Shown here piece after piece: positions 25,692 to 38,739 of a stretch of DNA of 64,000 bases; position 1 is the first letter of the stretch; every line of letters starts with the position of its first letter. A model generated the notes under the pieces. That model worked only from the letters and a program-made list of their open reading frames with translations, ran no database searches and was not told the origin of the DNA. Made by a program: the position numbers and the translations under genes. This DNA comes from Gordius albopunctatus (lineage: Eukaryota): assembly GCA_964276515.1 (NCBI GenBank), contig OZ193910.1, forward strand, positions 1,674,001 to 1,738,000, written 5' to 3'.

Positions 25692-28600
25692 ATGCTTTTT
25701 TGGACTAAGTTTATTATCCTATTATTACTGAAATTTCTCATAAAATGCAATGGAAGCGATACTATAATACACTTAGCTAATGCGACATTTCCGGGACAAA
25801 AGCCCTTTAAGGTCCTTAAAAACTATCCGGAACTCATAATAAACCGGGTCGGAGATATTAACATTGGCGCATTATTCGAAATATATGAACCAGCTGTGGG
25901 ATATGGAGGCTTGTGTGGGACCATGTTGGATGAATACCTAGTTACCAAAGTGTTTGCCTTAATTTATGGAATCGAATCCTTAAACGCGGATTTAATGACA
26001 AGCTACAATTTAACGCTCGGCTATTACGTCTTACCAACTTGCACAAATCCAACCATGGCTTTGGTAATAGATTAAATTCACCTTAATTATATTCACAATC
26101 TAAACGCATAGTCTTTATATTTATCAATCTTGAATAAAATTAAACAATAAGAGTTTATACTTAACAAATTAGGCTGTGATGGTTTTTTGATTGTGCTAGA
26201 TTATATATTCATAAAATTTATTTATGGGATTAGGCTTGAAATTATTATCTTTTCAACCAAACCAAAAGATGTGGGATTAATAATTTTAGTTACTAAAGTT
26301 TTATATATAACGAATACTAATTGTATAATACCGACCCGAACGATATCAATGTATTTTTACATGATAGAGATGCTAGAAAAGAGTTTAAAAATTACGCAAG
26401 TTTTCATGGGCATAGCCAGGGGGCGGCGCCCCCCCCCTAAATGACAAAGAAAATTATGTTTTGCCCCCCCCCCTCCCAATCCAAAACCTGGCTACGCCCA
26501 GGGAAGTTTGTGATACAATAGCTATTAACATTTTATTAATATCAAGTGATAAGCCGCACTTACTTATTAGTTATTACCCATAATGGCATGGGCGTTGCCA
26601 GGTTTGTAATTAGAGGGGGGGGCGATATCGATTAGGGGGGGGGGGGCAAAATAATAATTTTTTGAAATTTTAGCCATAATTTAATGAAATTGTAAGAGGT
26701 TTATGGATTTAGAGGGGGGCAGCCGCCCCTCCCTGTCAACCCCTGGCTTCGCCCATGCAAAATGGTCTCTATTCTACAGCTATATTGTTCAGTCATAAAT
26801 GTTATTCACTAAATATTTATACTATTATAGATGAAACCTTTTCCATACATTTCTGGAGTCTTTAGTCAATCAATAAACTAATTATGTATATTAAATATAT
26901 ATTGCTAGATGCAATCAACTAAATTGATCAAAATCGATAGGCTTACTCGTCTAATTGGTATTATAGGACCTTTTTCAAGTACCGAAACTAGATTGGTAGC
27001 CATTTATTTATCTTATTTCAAAATACCCCAACTAAGTCCGGGAGCCAATGCTAACTTTTTGAAAAAGAGTAAACAGTACGTATTATTCAATTACATTTTA
27101 AATAGTGTCTGGATAGAATAATTTTTTTATGTATTTAAATAATAGTTCGTGTTATAGAATTAACTTAACTAATTAAAGCTTAAAAATATATGGTATTTTT
27201 TATGAATTTTAGAACTAGTAGTAACAAACTTTTATGGTTCTAGAAGCAATTCTTGGGAAGGTTATGGACTGCAATCTAAGCCATTTTGCAGTCTAAAAGC
27301 TATAAAAACCACAGTTTTTGTAATATGTATCTTTGTCATTAGCCATTTTATAATTTCGAAACTTGAATTAAATTATAAAAAAATTAAGTTCTCTCATTAT
27401 ACTTCCAAAAAGAGCTAGTTGGGCTTAATAACGTATATTAAATTTTATTTCAAAAGCAGCTCATTAAATCTAATAGATACGACCTCTAAGTTTAAATTAT
27501 TTAGAATCGGAACCTACCTATTATTGTTATAATTTAACTCTGTTATGTCCGCGGTCGGGTTTGTACAAAAGAATTTTATATGAATAATTGATAAGCAGTT
27601 TATGCAACCACAATGAAGGGATGGTTATTTCGCTGACATTACAACGCTGGTGGATATTAATTTTCGTCAAAATCAAGGCAATTAGATGAAACTTTGTCTT
27701 TAGATTTTATTAGAATAATTTAATTCGTATAATGAAATCTTTTCCATACATATTTATTAGGTTTAATTATCTCTTTCGGATGGCTACTGATCAAAATAAT
27801 TATATCAGGGCTTTGGTTAAGCTCGTACAGCAAATGGGTTGGACCTATTATTCCATGATACATAACAACAACGAATATTTTACTTATTATTGTTACCAAG
27901 TTATAGCCAAACTAAAGGCGACGGGTTCTTGTCTAGCTACCCTAATTACAATTGATAATTCTTTCACTGAAGAAAGGGGTATTACCGAGTACAAACATCA
28001 ATTTAAAAAGTTGATCGCCCATTCCAATAAACCTCATTTACTATTTTTATTTTTAACCAAAGCCCAAAATATTATTGTAATTAAAACGCTAAGGAGATTG
28101 GCATCGGGCAGTAAATTTATTTTCGTTGGGCTCGATAATTGGCCGGATATTTATGAGATTATTGAGCACGGGCTACTTTCAATAACTTCAAACACTATAA
28201 TGGTTTCCGAAGATAATAGACAAGTCAAAGATTTTGGTGAATGGATGGATTGGAATCAACAAATGAATAGCACTTTGTATCGAGATTGGCATACACTTTA
28301 TGGCATGTCGATCGAATCTCACAGGCCGTCTTACACAATGACCGATAAAGTAGCTTTAGATAAGAGGCTCTCAATCATACTTGATACCGCATCAACCTTA
28401 GGTATGGCTTTAAACACCCTCATAAAAACACAATGCGGTCGAGAGTTAGAAAACAAAGCTAAACTTGTCAATTGTATTACGACCCGTTCGATTTATCCTT
28501 TTTTGTTTAACGTTTCCTTTAATGGTAGAACTGGGGCAATAGCCTTCAACCCGAAGGATCGATCAATAACGAAATTAATTAAATTCAGCCAATTGAGAAC

Positions 28601-29941
28601 AACAAACCAGCAAACGACGGTCCGAGGCTCCAGGCAAAAAAACGAGTTAGATTATTATTATGAGACGGTAGCTACATACATTACTTCAAGGAACTACCTC
28701 TCCATCGTCAAGCCATTTCAATGGCACAACTACACGTTCAGCGATAGATTAAATGCACCTACGTCGCAATGTAGCGAACAATGCCAAAACGGAGAACATA
28801 GGTTGCTATTAATGAATAGATGCTGCTGGACATGTATTAAGTGCGAGCCTTGGGAAATCTTCGATATAGATTCCAAGTTGAGATGCATCAGTTGTCCACG
28901 TTTTACATGGCCTATATCCCCACAAAATATTGCCTGTGGTAATCTCCCTAGCTACCACGTCTGCACAACTTTTGGCTCAGCATGTTATCTATTATTAACT
29001 TTGATCGTGATTAATCTTTTGTACTTCTTATTTCTCCTCGCTACCTACATCGTGAACCATAATTCACGAATCTTTAAATTAATTCATAAACCCTTGATGT
29101 TCTTACTCTTTTTGGGATTGTTTCTCTGCAACGTTTCTATATTGATGTACCTCATACCTAATGATGGATCGGACTTATGCCAAGCCACACAATTTCTATT
29201 CTTGATCTCAATAGACTTAATCTTTGCTAGCATTATTGGTCAACTTAATGTCATATATACTGCCCTAAAACCAAATGTTAATGTCGTTCATAGTCATAAA
29301 TTTAAAAATATCTCCATGTACCTCACCGTGACGGCTTTAATTTCATTTCAGGTAATAATTTATACACTGAATTATCTTCCAACTATAAATATATATATTC
29401 ATATACTTTTTAGCTGGCATTAAACCTCATTTATATCATGTTGAACGTGTTACGACCCTTTAAATATCACGTCATCTTATCTCAAGAAAAAAGTAACTTT
29501 GTAAACTATCCATTCAACGTCAGGGTCAATTCAATTGAAATACCTAACAAGCTAACGTCCAACGGTTACATTGAGACAAGTTGCTCCATTTATCCGAAAA
29601 CGGGCGAATATTTCTTTACACAAGTTATCTTTCACATTGTGTTAATCCTTTTAACCTTATGGAATATTATGGGAGTTCAAGGCGTGTCGGCAGATTTCAA
29701 GGAGGTCAAAGCTTTAGTCATAAACTCTTACATCAATATTACTCTCTTTTTGCTAGCCATTTTCGTTTACATTTTTATGGATTCCGTGCGTAGCATATTG
29801 ATTTACTTCTTTGCCATTTACACGTCATTAGTTCTAACGCTGGTGCTGCAGAGTTATTTTAAGCTTAAATCCATCAATCAGGATATTAGACGTGAAAGAA
29901 CTCAACTAGGAATTGATATAATTGGGCACATCGCGGAGTGA
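25692..29941 (+). CDS. Class C GPCR, metabotropic glutamate receptor-like, 885 aa. Exons 25692-26063, 26909-27075, 27761-29351, 29414-29941
   Basis: Signal peptide, GDINIGALF, IGIIGPFSS, FKIPQLS, MGWTY, cysteine-rich domain PTSQCSEQC...CCWTCIKC...CISCP..TWP, and seven hydrophobic segments. The GT-AG introns join in consistent phases 0, 2, 0 with no stops. Confidence 0.92.
26587..26757. mobile_element. hAT MITE of the abundant ~170-bp family, in GPCR intron 1
   Basis: TIR CATGGGCGT.GCCAGG / CCTGGCT.CGCCCATG; 8-bp flanks CATAATGG and CAAAATGG. Confidence 0.85.
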
Positions 29942-31982
29942 TACACAGATACTAAAATAAATAAAATCGAACGTGTTACTTGATATATATTGCTAACTCT
30001 TTTAAGGAAATAATAAATTACAAGTTATCCAGTATGCACTCTAAACTGCTATTTTAAATAATTGTTGTAAAGGAAAATTATAATATTTTTAATGAATGAT
30101 CCATACGTTATTTAAAATAAATTAAGAATAACATATACTTTAATATTATTCGTACATTTATACCGATTATGCAGACTTATATTTTGTACATATCTTTTGT
30201 ATCTTTTCGTATTTAAGTTATAATCTCTCAAATCGTAGAGTTGTAAACCACGAATTAAATGATAGCATCACAGAGTGATAATCTTTAATAGTATAATGAT
30301 GGGCATTTAACATAAATAAAAATCCATCAATGTGAACATTTGAATGAGTTTAGATCCAAAAAATGCAAATTATATGTTAATTACAAAGGGGTAAGACTTT
30401 TGAGACAGTTAATATGGGACATAGGCATTTTTATAATCTAACAATCGATAACAAGCATAAAAGCATTATTAACATCGAAGATTAATCGATTTTAACAAAA
30501 AATATGAAAGGGTGTTTGTGCTGATTTAATAAACCCATCTACACATTTAATGCACACACAACTAATTAAAATATATATTAATTTAAATAAAATACAAGGA
30601 ATTAAGCTGTCTCTTTAAACTGTCCTAATTATAAAATTGTTTGTGGATCTTAGCCCCCTTCAAAGCTAGCTTAAGCTCAGTGCGCCACTTGCTACCAATT
30701 ATTTTAATTAATTAATCTACACCTTTTTACGTCAGTCATATTCGAAGAAATTGATAATATAGAGAATTAATGTGTTTGTCTGTTACTTAATTAGTCCTTT
30801 ATTCGATTTTCTGTCATATTATTAGTCTCAAGCTTGGACAGTTTTGAGAATAAACCTCGGGGGGACAAAGTTCTCTAGATAGATTTCGGAGAAATAACAG
30901 TTTATTTCATAAAAAACATCAAACAGGCTAATTAACTGCTTAATTGCAAATTCGGAAAATATGCTAGCTAAGGAGATGTTCATGAATGCAAAGGCATCAA
31001 CCTATGTTATCTATAGCAATAAATATAAATGTAATGGAACTTTATTAGTTTAATTATATGTTTGCTGTATTATAATGCAATCTAATTCACTTGATTTTCA
31101 GGGAGAAAGATTCGGCCAATTATAATTTAACTATAATTATCATATTAACTATACTCAAGATATATAAAGTTTTAAATTTGAGCAATTATACATCTTGGTA
31201 GTAATGGATCTTAATAAATTTCTATAAAGTAATTTTATTTGACTAATCATAGGGAAAAGGTCTGGACTAATTAAAAATCATATAATCCATTTTGTTTGTG
31301 TTTAATCAAAAAATTTATTAAGACGAGATTTTGCTGATTATGATGAGAATTTAAAAATAAAAAGCGAGAAAATTTTTTTGGTAGTTTTAAATTTTCTTAT
31401 TTAAATTTTTTACTTTTTTTTAAAAAATATTTTTAACATTTTTTATAGTATGTAGAGATGGCGCTAAAGCTAAAATTTATCCAACGTAATTCTGTCTTAA
31501 TTTTTCCATATATAACAAAGTGATGCGAATGATAAAAAAGGTATTATTTAAGAGTGGTTAAGAAAATATAACCGGTAGACCAACAACCCCCCAGGAAACA
31601 ATAAATAAAAAGTTTTCTCTCCCCTGCATTCCCCGACAAACTCTTTACCTGCAATTAGTTATTTACGTTTACTTTCGATCTACCAAAATTTGGATGTGAC
31701 TTAATTTATAATATTTAATTTGCATATATTTTTTAGTATAAAATTTTTTATTATTATAAGTATCGGCATGGTATCGGCAAAAAAATCTTAAGTATCGGCT
31801 GGTATCGGTATCAGCACAAAATAGTGGTATCGGTGCATCTCTAGTTATAATAAAATAGACAGGGGAAAAAAACTGAAGTTTGGAAGCTATATTATGTAAG
31901 TTGTGCGAAGATAATTATTTAATATCGAGTTGAGTTTATTTAAATCATATTTTATAAAATAATAGTTTGCTTTTTTTTGATT

Positions 31983-32140
31983 CGGGCCAGGCTCAGGCCT
32001 TGGGTTGGGCCGTCTCATCAGGCACTTCCCGAGCCCGGGGACCGGGTATTTTATAAAATATGCCTGTGTCCGGCTTAGAACCCGATCGGGTCGGCCAGAC
32101 TCGGGCCGGGTCGGCTTTGAGCTGCCCGTGCAGGGTTCTA
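31983..32140. mobile_element. hAT terminal fragment with TCGGG(C/T) subterminal repeats
   Basis: Ends TGCAGGGTTCTA, the near inverse of TAGAGCCCTGCA at 63545. Confidence 0.6.
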
Positions 32141-32660
32141 GGTGTGGTAAGCGATATTAAGGCAAGAATAAACGCAGCCTGGCTAAAATTCAGGCAGTAG
32201 AGTGGTGTACGTAATAAACAGATACCATTCAAAATGAAAGAATGATATAACGTTATTGTACCCACGGTATTATATGGAGCTGAAACATGGAAAATTAAGG
32301 CAAATGAATAACAAAGCTTGGCTACAATGGAGTGCGATGTTAAGATGATGGATCTTAGGAAGTAAGAAGGACCATATATGGAATCATGAAATATGGGATA
32401 ATCTAAATGTAGTTCTGATTCTAAGAAAGTTGGTTGTAAAAAGATTAAGATGGTATGGCCATTTGGAGAGATGTGAGGAAAGCCATCTGGCAAAGCGTAT
32501 CAAGAAGGTGCAACTCGAAGGTATGCGAAAGATGGAAACGTAAAATAGATATGGACTTGAAAAGGTACGAGCTAAAGCAAAGCTGATGTAGTGCAGGAAT
32601 ATTCAGAAAAACTACTTGAAGGAGCTGACCACCAAGTGTTACAACAAGTTTTCAATGATG
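32141..32660 (+). mobile_element. Degenerate RTE LINE 3' fragment
   Basis: Manual translation gives DIKARINAAWLKFRQ, VLYGAETWK and RLRWYGHL. Confidence 0.8.
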
Positions 32661-33139
32661 CTTAACCTGAAGCAAATAATTAGGCAGGGTAGCCATTAAG
32701 TGGTTTATAAGTTGAAAGTTTGTCTCTCACTTTCAATAAAATATGATTAATGATCAGCTTGCAGTTAGGCATTTATTCAGAGTCTAAAGCAGATAAAAAG
32801 TCAAAATTATACAAGTAAAAATTATTTTCTGTAAAAAGGTTTTATTTTAAGTGGGATTTTGAAACGAGAAAAGCAAATGGCTTGTGCTAGTTAAAACTTT
32901 TAAAGATAAAGAAGGGAGGGACTTGATTTCTCTGCTAACCCACCTCTACTATTTATGAGCCTTCACGATAAATGTCATCCGAAAGACATTAGTGTATATC
33001 TCGCAATTAAAAATGGCAATAACTCTTATGTTTTCTTGTTAAACACCTAAGCACATATATTTATATAACTTATCTTTAAGAATATCTTGTATATGGTCTT
33101 ATTGTTCAAAAATATAATTATCTTAAATAACGAATGTAA

Positions 33140-33470
33140 TTTTATAGCCGGTTACCGACCTGACACCAACGCTTCACTTTTTGCTCTCGGACTTGGGACT
33201 GTCGTACTTAGGGACGGATATTATATAAATACAAGGATGATTTGCAGTGCGTGTGTATTTTAATAGAATTTGATTACGAATGATTTAGTATTTATTAAAT
33301 ATCGGCATATGCCACAGGTTGTTGCACCCCAAGTACAAACCAGCGGGTTGGTAACAACTGTCGTAGGTAGTGCTCTGCTTTGGTCACCCCGCTAGCTGCT
33401 ATGACTTTGGCGGGTGATCTGCAAAGGCAGTGATCAGCTATTAAAAAGGGGAGACTTCCTAAGCTAATCC
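33140..33470 (-). other. Isolated RTE 5'-leader-like sequence interrupted by a 150-bp insert
   Basis: Minus strand ACGACAGTCCCAAGTCCG...GTTGGTGTCAGGTCGGTAACCGGCTATAAAA matches the leader at 35672-35750. Confidence 0.75.
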
Positions 33471-34384
33471 TCCTTTTTGTTTAAAATATGCCTAGATATA
33501 CAGCATTAAAAACTGAGATATTATGAGGGGTCGTTAAAAAAAATTGCCCACAAACCTTACTTTGGTCAATAAGCTATCAGTGTACTCAGATGATTCTTAA
33601 AAACTTAAAGCAACCGGTATAAGCATGAACGTAGACAAGCCCTCAAACATTAAGCTCCGTTTTTCTCCCCTGCTTAAATTTCACAGCAAATCAAATGTTT
33701 TTCAACGAAGTGTAGAAGAGTTTAGGTTAAAGGCTCAACAAAAAACAACACGGGGCCCGGGGGCGCTACCTAACATCAAAAAACCGAGGACAATAAACTT
33801 GTTAGGAGTTAGGGGCGGAGCCCTTCTTAGAGGTCCAAACAACTGAGATATATCAACATTTATTGGCACTTTGTTAGAAGTATTTTCATTTTTCTCCTTA
33901 TTTAACGCGCAAAAAATGACAAAATTAGATTTTATAATCTATTTATCCACGCAGGTGGGGACACGACCGTGTTATAATAATAATTGACATAAAAAATAAG
34001 CAAAAAATGATTTTGATGTAATGTTTCAAATCGTAAAAAGTTTCCATATTCCGCAGCACATGCCTACATTTATCACACTACACTACCTACACGCATGACG
34101 TTTTTAAAAATACAATAAGTGATACACTTTTACTAAAGAACTGTATATTCAAATTTTTAAAGAACACGATAGATACGCAGTACGTCATGAGGCTGCGTTT
34201 GATTGACATTTTATTAAGTGACAAAACGTATAAAACTAAATAATTTGACCGTCTTATGACTTAGAGATTTCGAATATAGTTAAAAACCTTGGCTCAGACC
34301 TACCAAATATTAGCAGAAATCGCCATCTAATTCGGTCCAGCCGTTTCGAACACCGTTTCACGGGAATTTTATATATTAGATAAT

Positions 34385-35577
34385 ATAAACTCGGGCCTTT
34401 AACCCTCGTGGGAAGTGGGAGGGGGAAGGGGAGGAGTGGAAGGGAAGGGGGAACGAAACTCATCTATACTTCGTATAAGAGTAGCATATTTTCTATGCAA
34501 TTTATGGGCGAGAAAAGTGGGAAGCTGCGAGAATGCCTATAGGGGCGTATTAAATTCAAAATTATTAGTTACTTATTTATACAAATTTTCCATTACTTTG
34601 GCCAGTGGTGATCTTTTCTAATGGTTAGCAGACAGCCAAATAACTAGCCTATTTTTATAATATAGAAAAAAAATTTGATACACTTTGGCTAATGGTTCTT
34701 TTTTCCATTAGTCAGTAGCCAGAAAGATATAAATACATAAGAGACGGGAAAAAATGGAAAAAAATTTAGAATCACAATTTGGCCAATGGTCATTTTTTTA
34801 ATTGGTCAGTAGCTAGGACACGGCCAAAAGGTCATATTATCAATAGTATTAACAAGAACAATATATTAATTTAAAAAATATATTAATTAAAACAATAAAA
34901 TAAAAATAATTTGCCCTCTCCGGGATTCGAACCCACATCAGTAGAGGCATAAGCCTTTGTAGGAGCACAGGGACCCATATCAGTAGAGGCATACACCCTT
35001 GTAGAGTAGGGCATAGGGTCATTATCAATGGTAACCTAATATACCAAATCACAATTTGGCGAATGGTCATTTTTTTCATTGGTCAGTAGCCAGCGGACGG
35101 CCAAAAAGTGATATTATCAATGGTATTAACAAGAACAATATATTAATTTAATTAAAAAAAATAAAATTTGTGTCCTCTCCGGGTATCGAAGCAGCAATTA
35201 AGAATTTGCCCTCGCAGGGATTTGAACCCACATTAGTAGAGGCATAAGCTTTTGGGGGGGGGGGCACAGGGACCCATATTAGTAGAGGCATAGGCCCTTC
35301 TATGGGAGGACATAGGGTAATTATCAATGCTAACCTAATATTCCAATTCAAAAATGAAAAAAAATTTCGATTCACAATTTGGCCAATGGTCATTTTTTTA
35401 TTGGTGAGTAGCCAGCGGAGGGCCAAAAAGTCATATTATTAATGGTATTATCAAGAACAATATATTAATTTAATTTAAAAACTCTCCGAGTATCGAACCA
35501 GCAAGTCAGAACGTTGGAAGGAGGGACAACGGACGGACAACAAAAAGCGAGTCCATAAATTGCATAGCAATTAATAA
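34385..35577 (-). mobile_element. Helentron-like (DINE/HINE-type) non-autonomous element with internal tandem repeats
   Basis: Reverse-complement relative of 46722-48530: same subterminal inverted repeat, (GTCC)n and terminal hairpin. Confidence 0.65.
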
Positions 35578-35671
35578 GGTTTAGAAACCAAAATTATTGA
35601 ATTTTTTTTAAATATTTGAACAGAGAAAAATTATATTAAATATAAATTTAATTAGATAGTCAATACAATAA

Positions 35672-38600
35672 CACTACCAACGACGGTCCCAAGTCCGTGT
35701 GAAAAAAGTGGAGGGTTGGCGTCAGGTCGGAAGCCGGCTGTAAAAAACAACTCCAAACACCATGGCAGCTTCAAATACGAACTTATACCAGAATGCTAGG
35801 GCGTCCTCCCCAAACGACGCGCATTGCATCATCCGCCCGTGCAATGTGAAAAGTATACAAGGGTCACCGTCTCACTCACAACGAAGGCGGTTAAGGAACC
35901 TAGTTGTCGAACGGACAAGAGTGGCTAGCTGGAATGTCGGCACGCTGACGGGGAAGAGCATCGAGGTTGCGCAGATGCTAAAAAGGCGAAGGATACACAT
36001 AGCGTGTCTACAAGAAACGCGGTGGCATGGAACAAAAGCCAGGGAGCTAGGAGATGGTTACAAGCTATACTACTCGGGTTCCCCATCACGAAAGAACGGG
36101 GTCGGTATAGTGCTTAGCGATTCCTTTAAGGACAAGGTAGTCGAAGTCAAACGATGCTCAGATAGATTGATGTGCATAAAGCTGGCGGATCAAGGCGGCC
36201 TTGTTAATGTTATTTGTGCGTATTCGTCCCAGGTTGGATGTTCCGAAAACGAGAAGGACGAATTCTATGAGAAGTTTGAAGAAGAAATACGCTACGTGAA
36301 GCCTGACGAGAATCTCATCATCGGAGCAGACTTTAATGGGGACGTTGGGAAAGAAAGGGGCGTGTACGAACGAAATCACGGCGGGCATGGCTATGGAGTG
36401 AAAAATAAAGAGGGAGAGAAGTTACTACAGATGGCGCAAGCTTACGATATGGCCATTGTGAATACCTTCTTTCAGAAGCGTACCGAACATTTAGCGACGT
36501 ACAGTAGTGGAAATCACCTTACACAGGTCGACTACATATTAGTGAAGCGCAAAAATTTGTGGCAAGTTAAAGATTGCAAGGTTATACCGGGGGAAGAAAT
36601 CGCCAAACAACATCGGCCAGTTGTCCTCGATATAGCAAGAAAGATTTTTCCCGTAAGGAGAAAAGTCTACACACCAAGGACAAAGTACGAAAAGCTTAAG
36701 GATGATCTTGCAAATGAAATGTTTCACGCTCGAGCAACTCCGCTCTTGAAGGTTGCAGGCTTGGAGGGCGACATTAACAAAAGATGGGGCACCGTTGCAA
36801 ATGTTCTAAAGGAAATGGCCTTTCAAATATTGGGACGAACTAAGGGCGGCAGAGCTCACAAGCGTGAACTATGGTGGTGGAATGACTCGGTCAAAGAGGT
36901 TATAGAAGAAAAGAAGGCGTTGTACCTACGATGGTACAAAACGAAGAAAGGAGAAGACTACGAGGCATATCGTGAAGCGAAAAGCAAAGCTAAGATAGCG
37001 GTCGTGATAGCGAAGAACGAGGCTTACACCGAGATGGCAAACAAGCTCGATACCAAGGGCGGCGACATAGTCATGTATAAACTCGCAAAGATCAGGGAGA
37101 AAAAAAGTCGAGATGTCGGGACACTTAAAGTCATTAAAAGCGAAGAGGGACGAACGTTGTGCAAACCGAAGGAAGTCATCAAAAGATGGAAAGATTATTT
37201 CCAAAATATGATGAACAAAACGAATGATAGAAGACCGCTAGAGAGGGTGGAACCGAACTCGAACTTGGTTTTACCATTTCAGGCTTATGAAATAGGAGCG
37301 CAACTAACGAAAATGCGGAAAGGGAAAGCGCTAGGTCCCGATGATCTACCGATCGAAGCTTGGCTTGGGTGCAAAGGAGAAGGAATCGACATAATGACAG
37401 GCCTATTTAACGCTATGCTGTATGAGAGTCGTATCCCTGACCAATGGAGGGAAAGTACGATCATACCCATATACAAAGGTAAAGGAGACGCGCAGGAATG
37501 TGGCAACTTTATAGGTATCAAGTTGACCTGCCACTCACTAAAACTACTAGAAAGGGTGCTAGTGAAAAGGCTCAATGACGAAGTTTGTCTCTCGCCCAAT
37601 CAGTTTGGATTTGTGGCCGGTAAATCAACGATGGACCCAATCTTTGCGTTGAAGGACGATGGAAAAATATGGCGAAATAAGAAAGAAATTACACATGGTC
37701 TTCATCGATTTAGAAAAGGCCTACGATACGGTTCCGAGAGACTTAATATGGTGGTCCCTTAGAGCCAGAAATATACCCGAAGGATATGTTCAATGGTGCG
37801 GTTGCATCTGTTAGGACTACCGTAGGAGTAACGAAACCCTTCCGAATAATGATCGGACTACATCAAGGATCAGCGTTAAGCCCATTCTTGTTTAATCTAA
37901 TTATGGATACAATAACAAAGGACTTGCACAAGCCAGCCCCTTGGACTATGCTATATGCCGACGATATTGTCCTATGCGATGAAACAAGAGAAGGGGTTTT
38001 TCATCAGGCGAAAAAATGGTCAGAACGTTTCTCGGAATTCGGGTTAAAGGTCAGCGAGAAGAAAACGGTTTACATGCAAACGATGGGCGGTAGTCCGCAA
38101 ATGCACAAAATTGACGGTCCAAGGTACACGGAGGTTGATAAGTTCACATATCTTGGCTCGCTATTACATCAAGAGGGAGGATGTACCGACGAAGTCCATT
38201 CTCGAATCAAGAAAGCATGGCTCAAGTGGCGCAGCATCTCCGGTGTCATGTGTGACAAAAAGATACCAATTTTGTTGAAAAGCAAGGCGTACAAAACCAT
38301 CGTGCGACCGGTCTTGCTTTACGGGAGCGAAACATGGGCTGTAATCACCGCGGAGGAGAAACTCTTGCAAGTCACGGAAATGAGAATGGTGCGATGGAGC
38401 TTAGGCTACACCAAGCTGGATCGCATGACGAACGAATCCTTGATGACAAAGATGGGTATACAAGCGACGAAGGACTTCTTAAGAGAAAATCGACTGGGGT
38501 GGTACGGCCATGTATTACGAAGAGACAAAGACGATGTCACACGCCGAACGCTGGAGATGGACGTGCCTGGAAGAAGAGGAAGGGGCAGACCACGTGCCAC

Positions 38601-38739
38601 CTGGAAACGACTGGTCGAAAAGGATATGGACGTCAAACAGATGGAAATTGGCATGGCATTCACACGACTCAGATGGAAGAGGCTGCTGAAAACGTACCCC
38701 ACGTCTGTGGGATTTTCAACACGATAAAGAAGAAGAAGA
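35672..38739 (+). mobile_element. Near full-length RTE-clade LINE (single APE-RT ORF 35762-38727 disrupted by small deletions)
   Basis: SWNVGTL, LQETR, GADFNG, QVDYIL, GLHQGSALSP, LYADD; (AAG)n tail; perfect 14-bp TSD AGTCAATACAATAA at 35658-35671 and 38740-38753. Confidence 0.96.

Noticed and set aside
31993..32493. 166-aa minus-strand ORF
   Set aside because: It is antisense to a decayed RTE fragment and runs into hAT subterminal repeats.
33625..33846. 73-aa ORF in a slightly GC-richer patch
   Set aside because: No recognisable domain or supporting splice structure.
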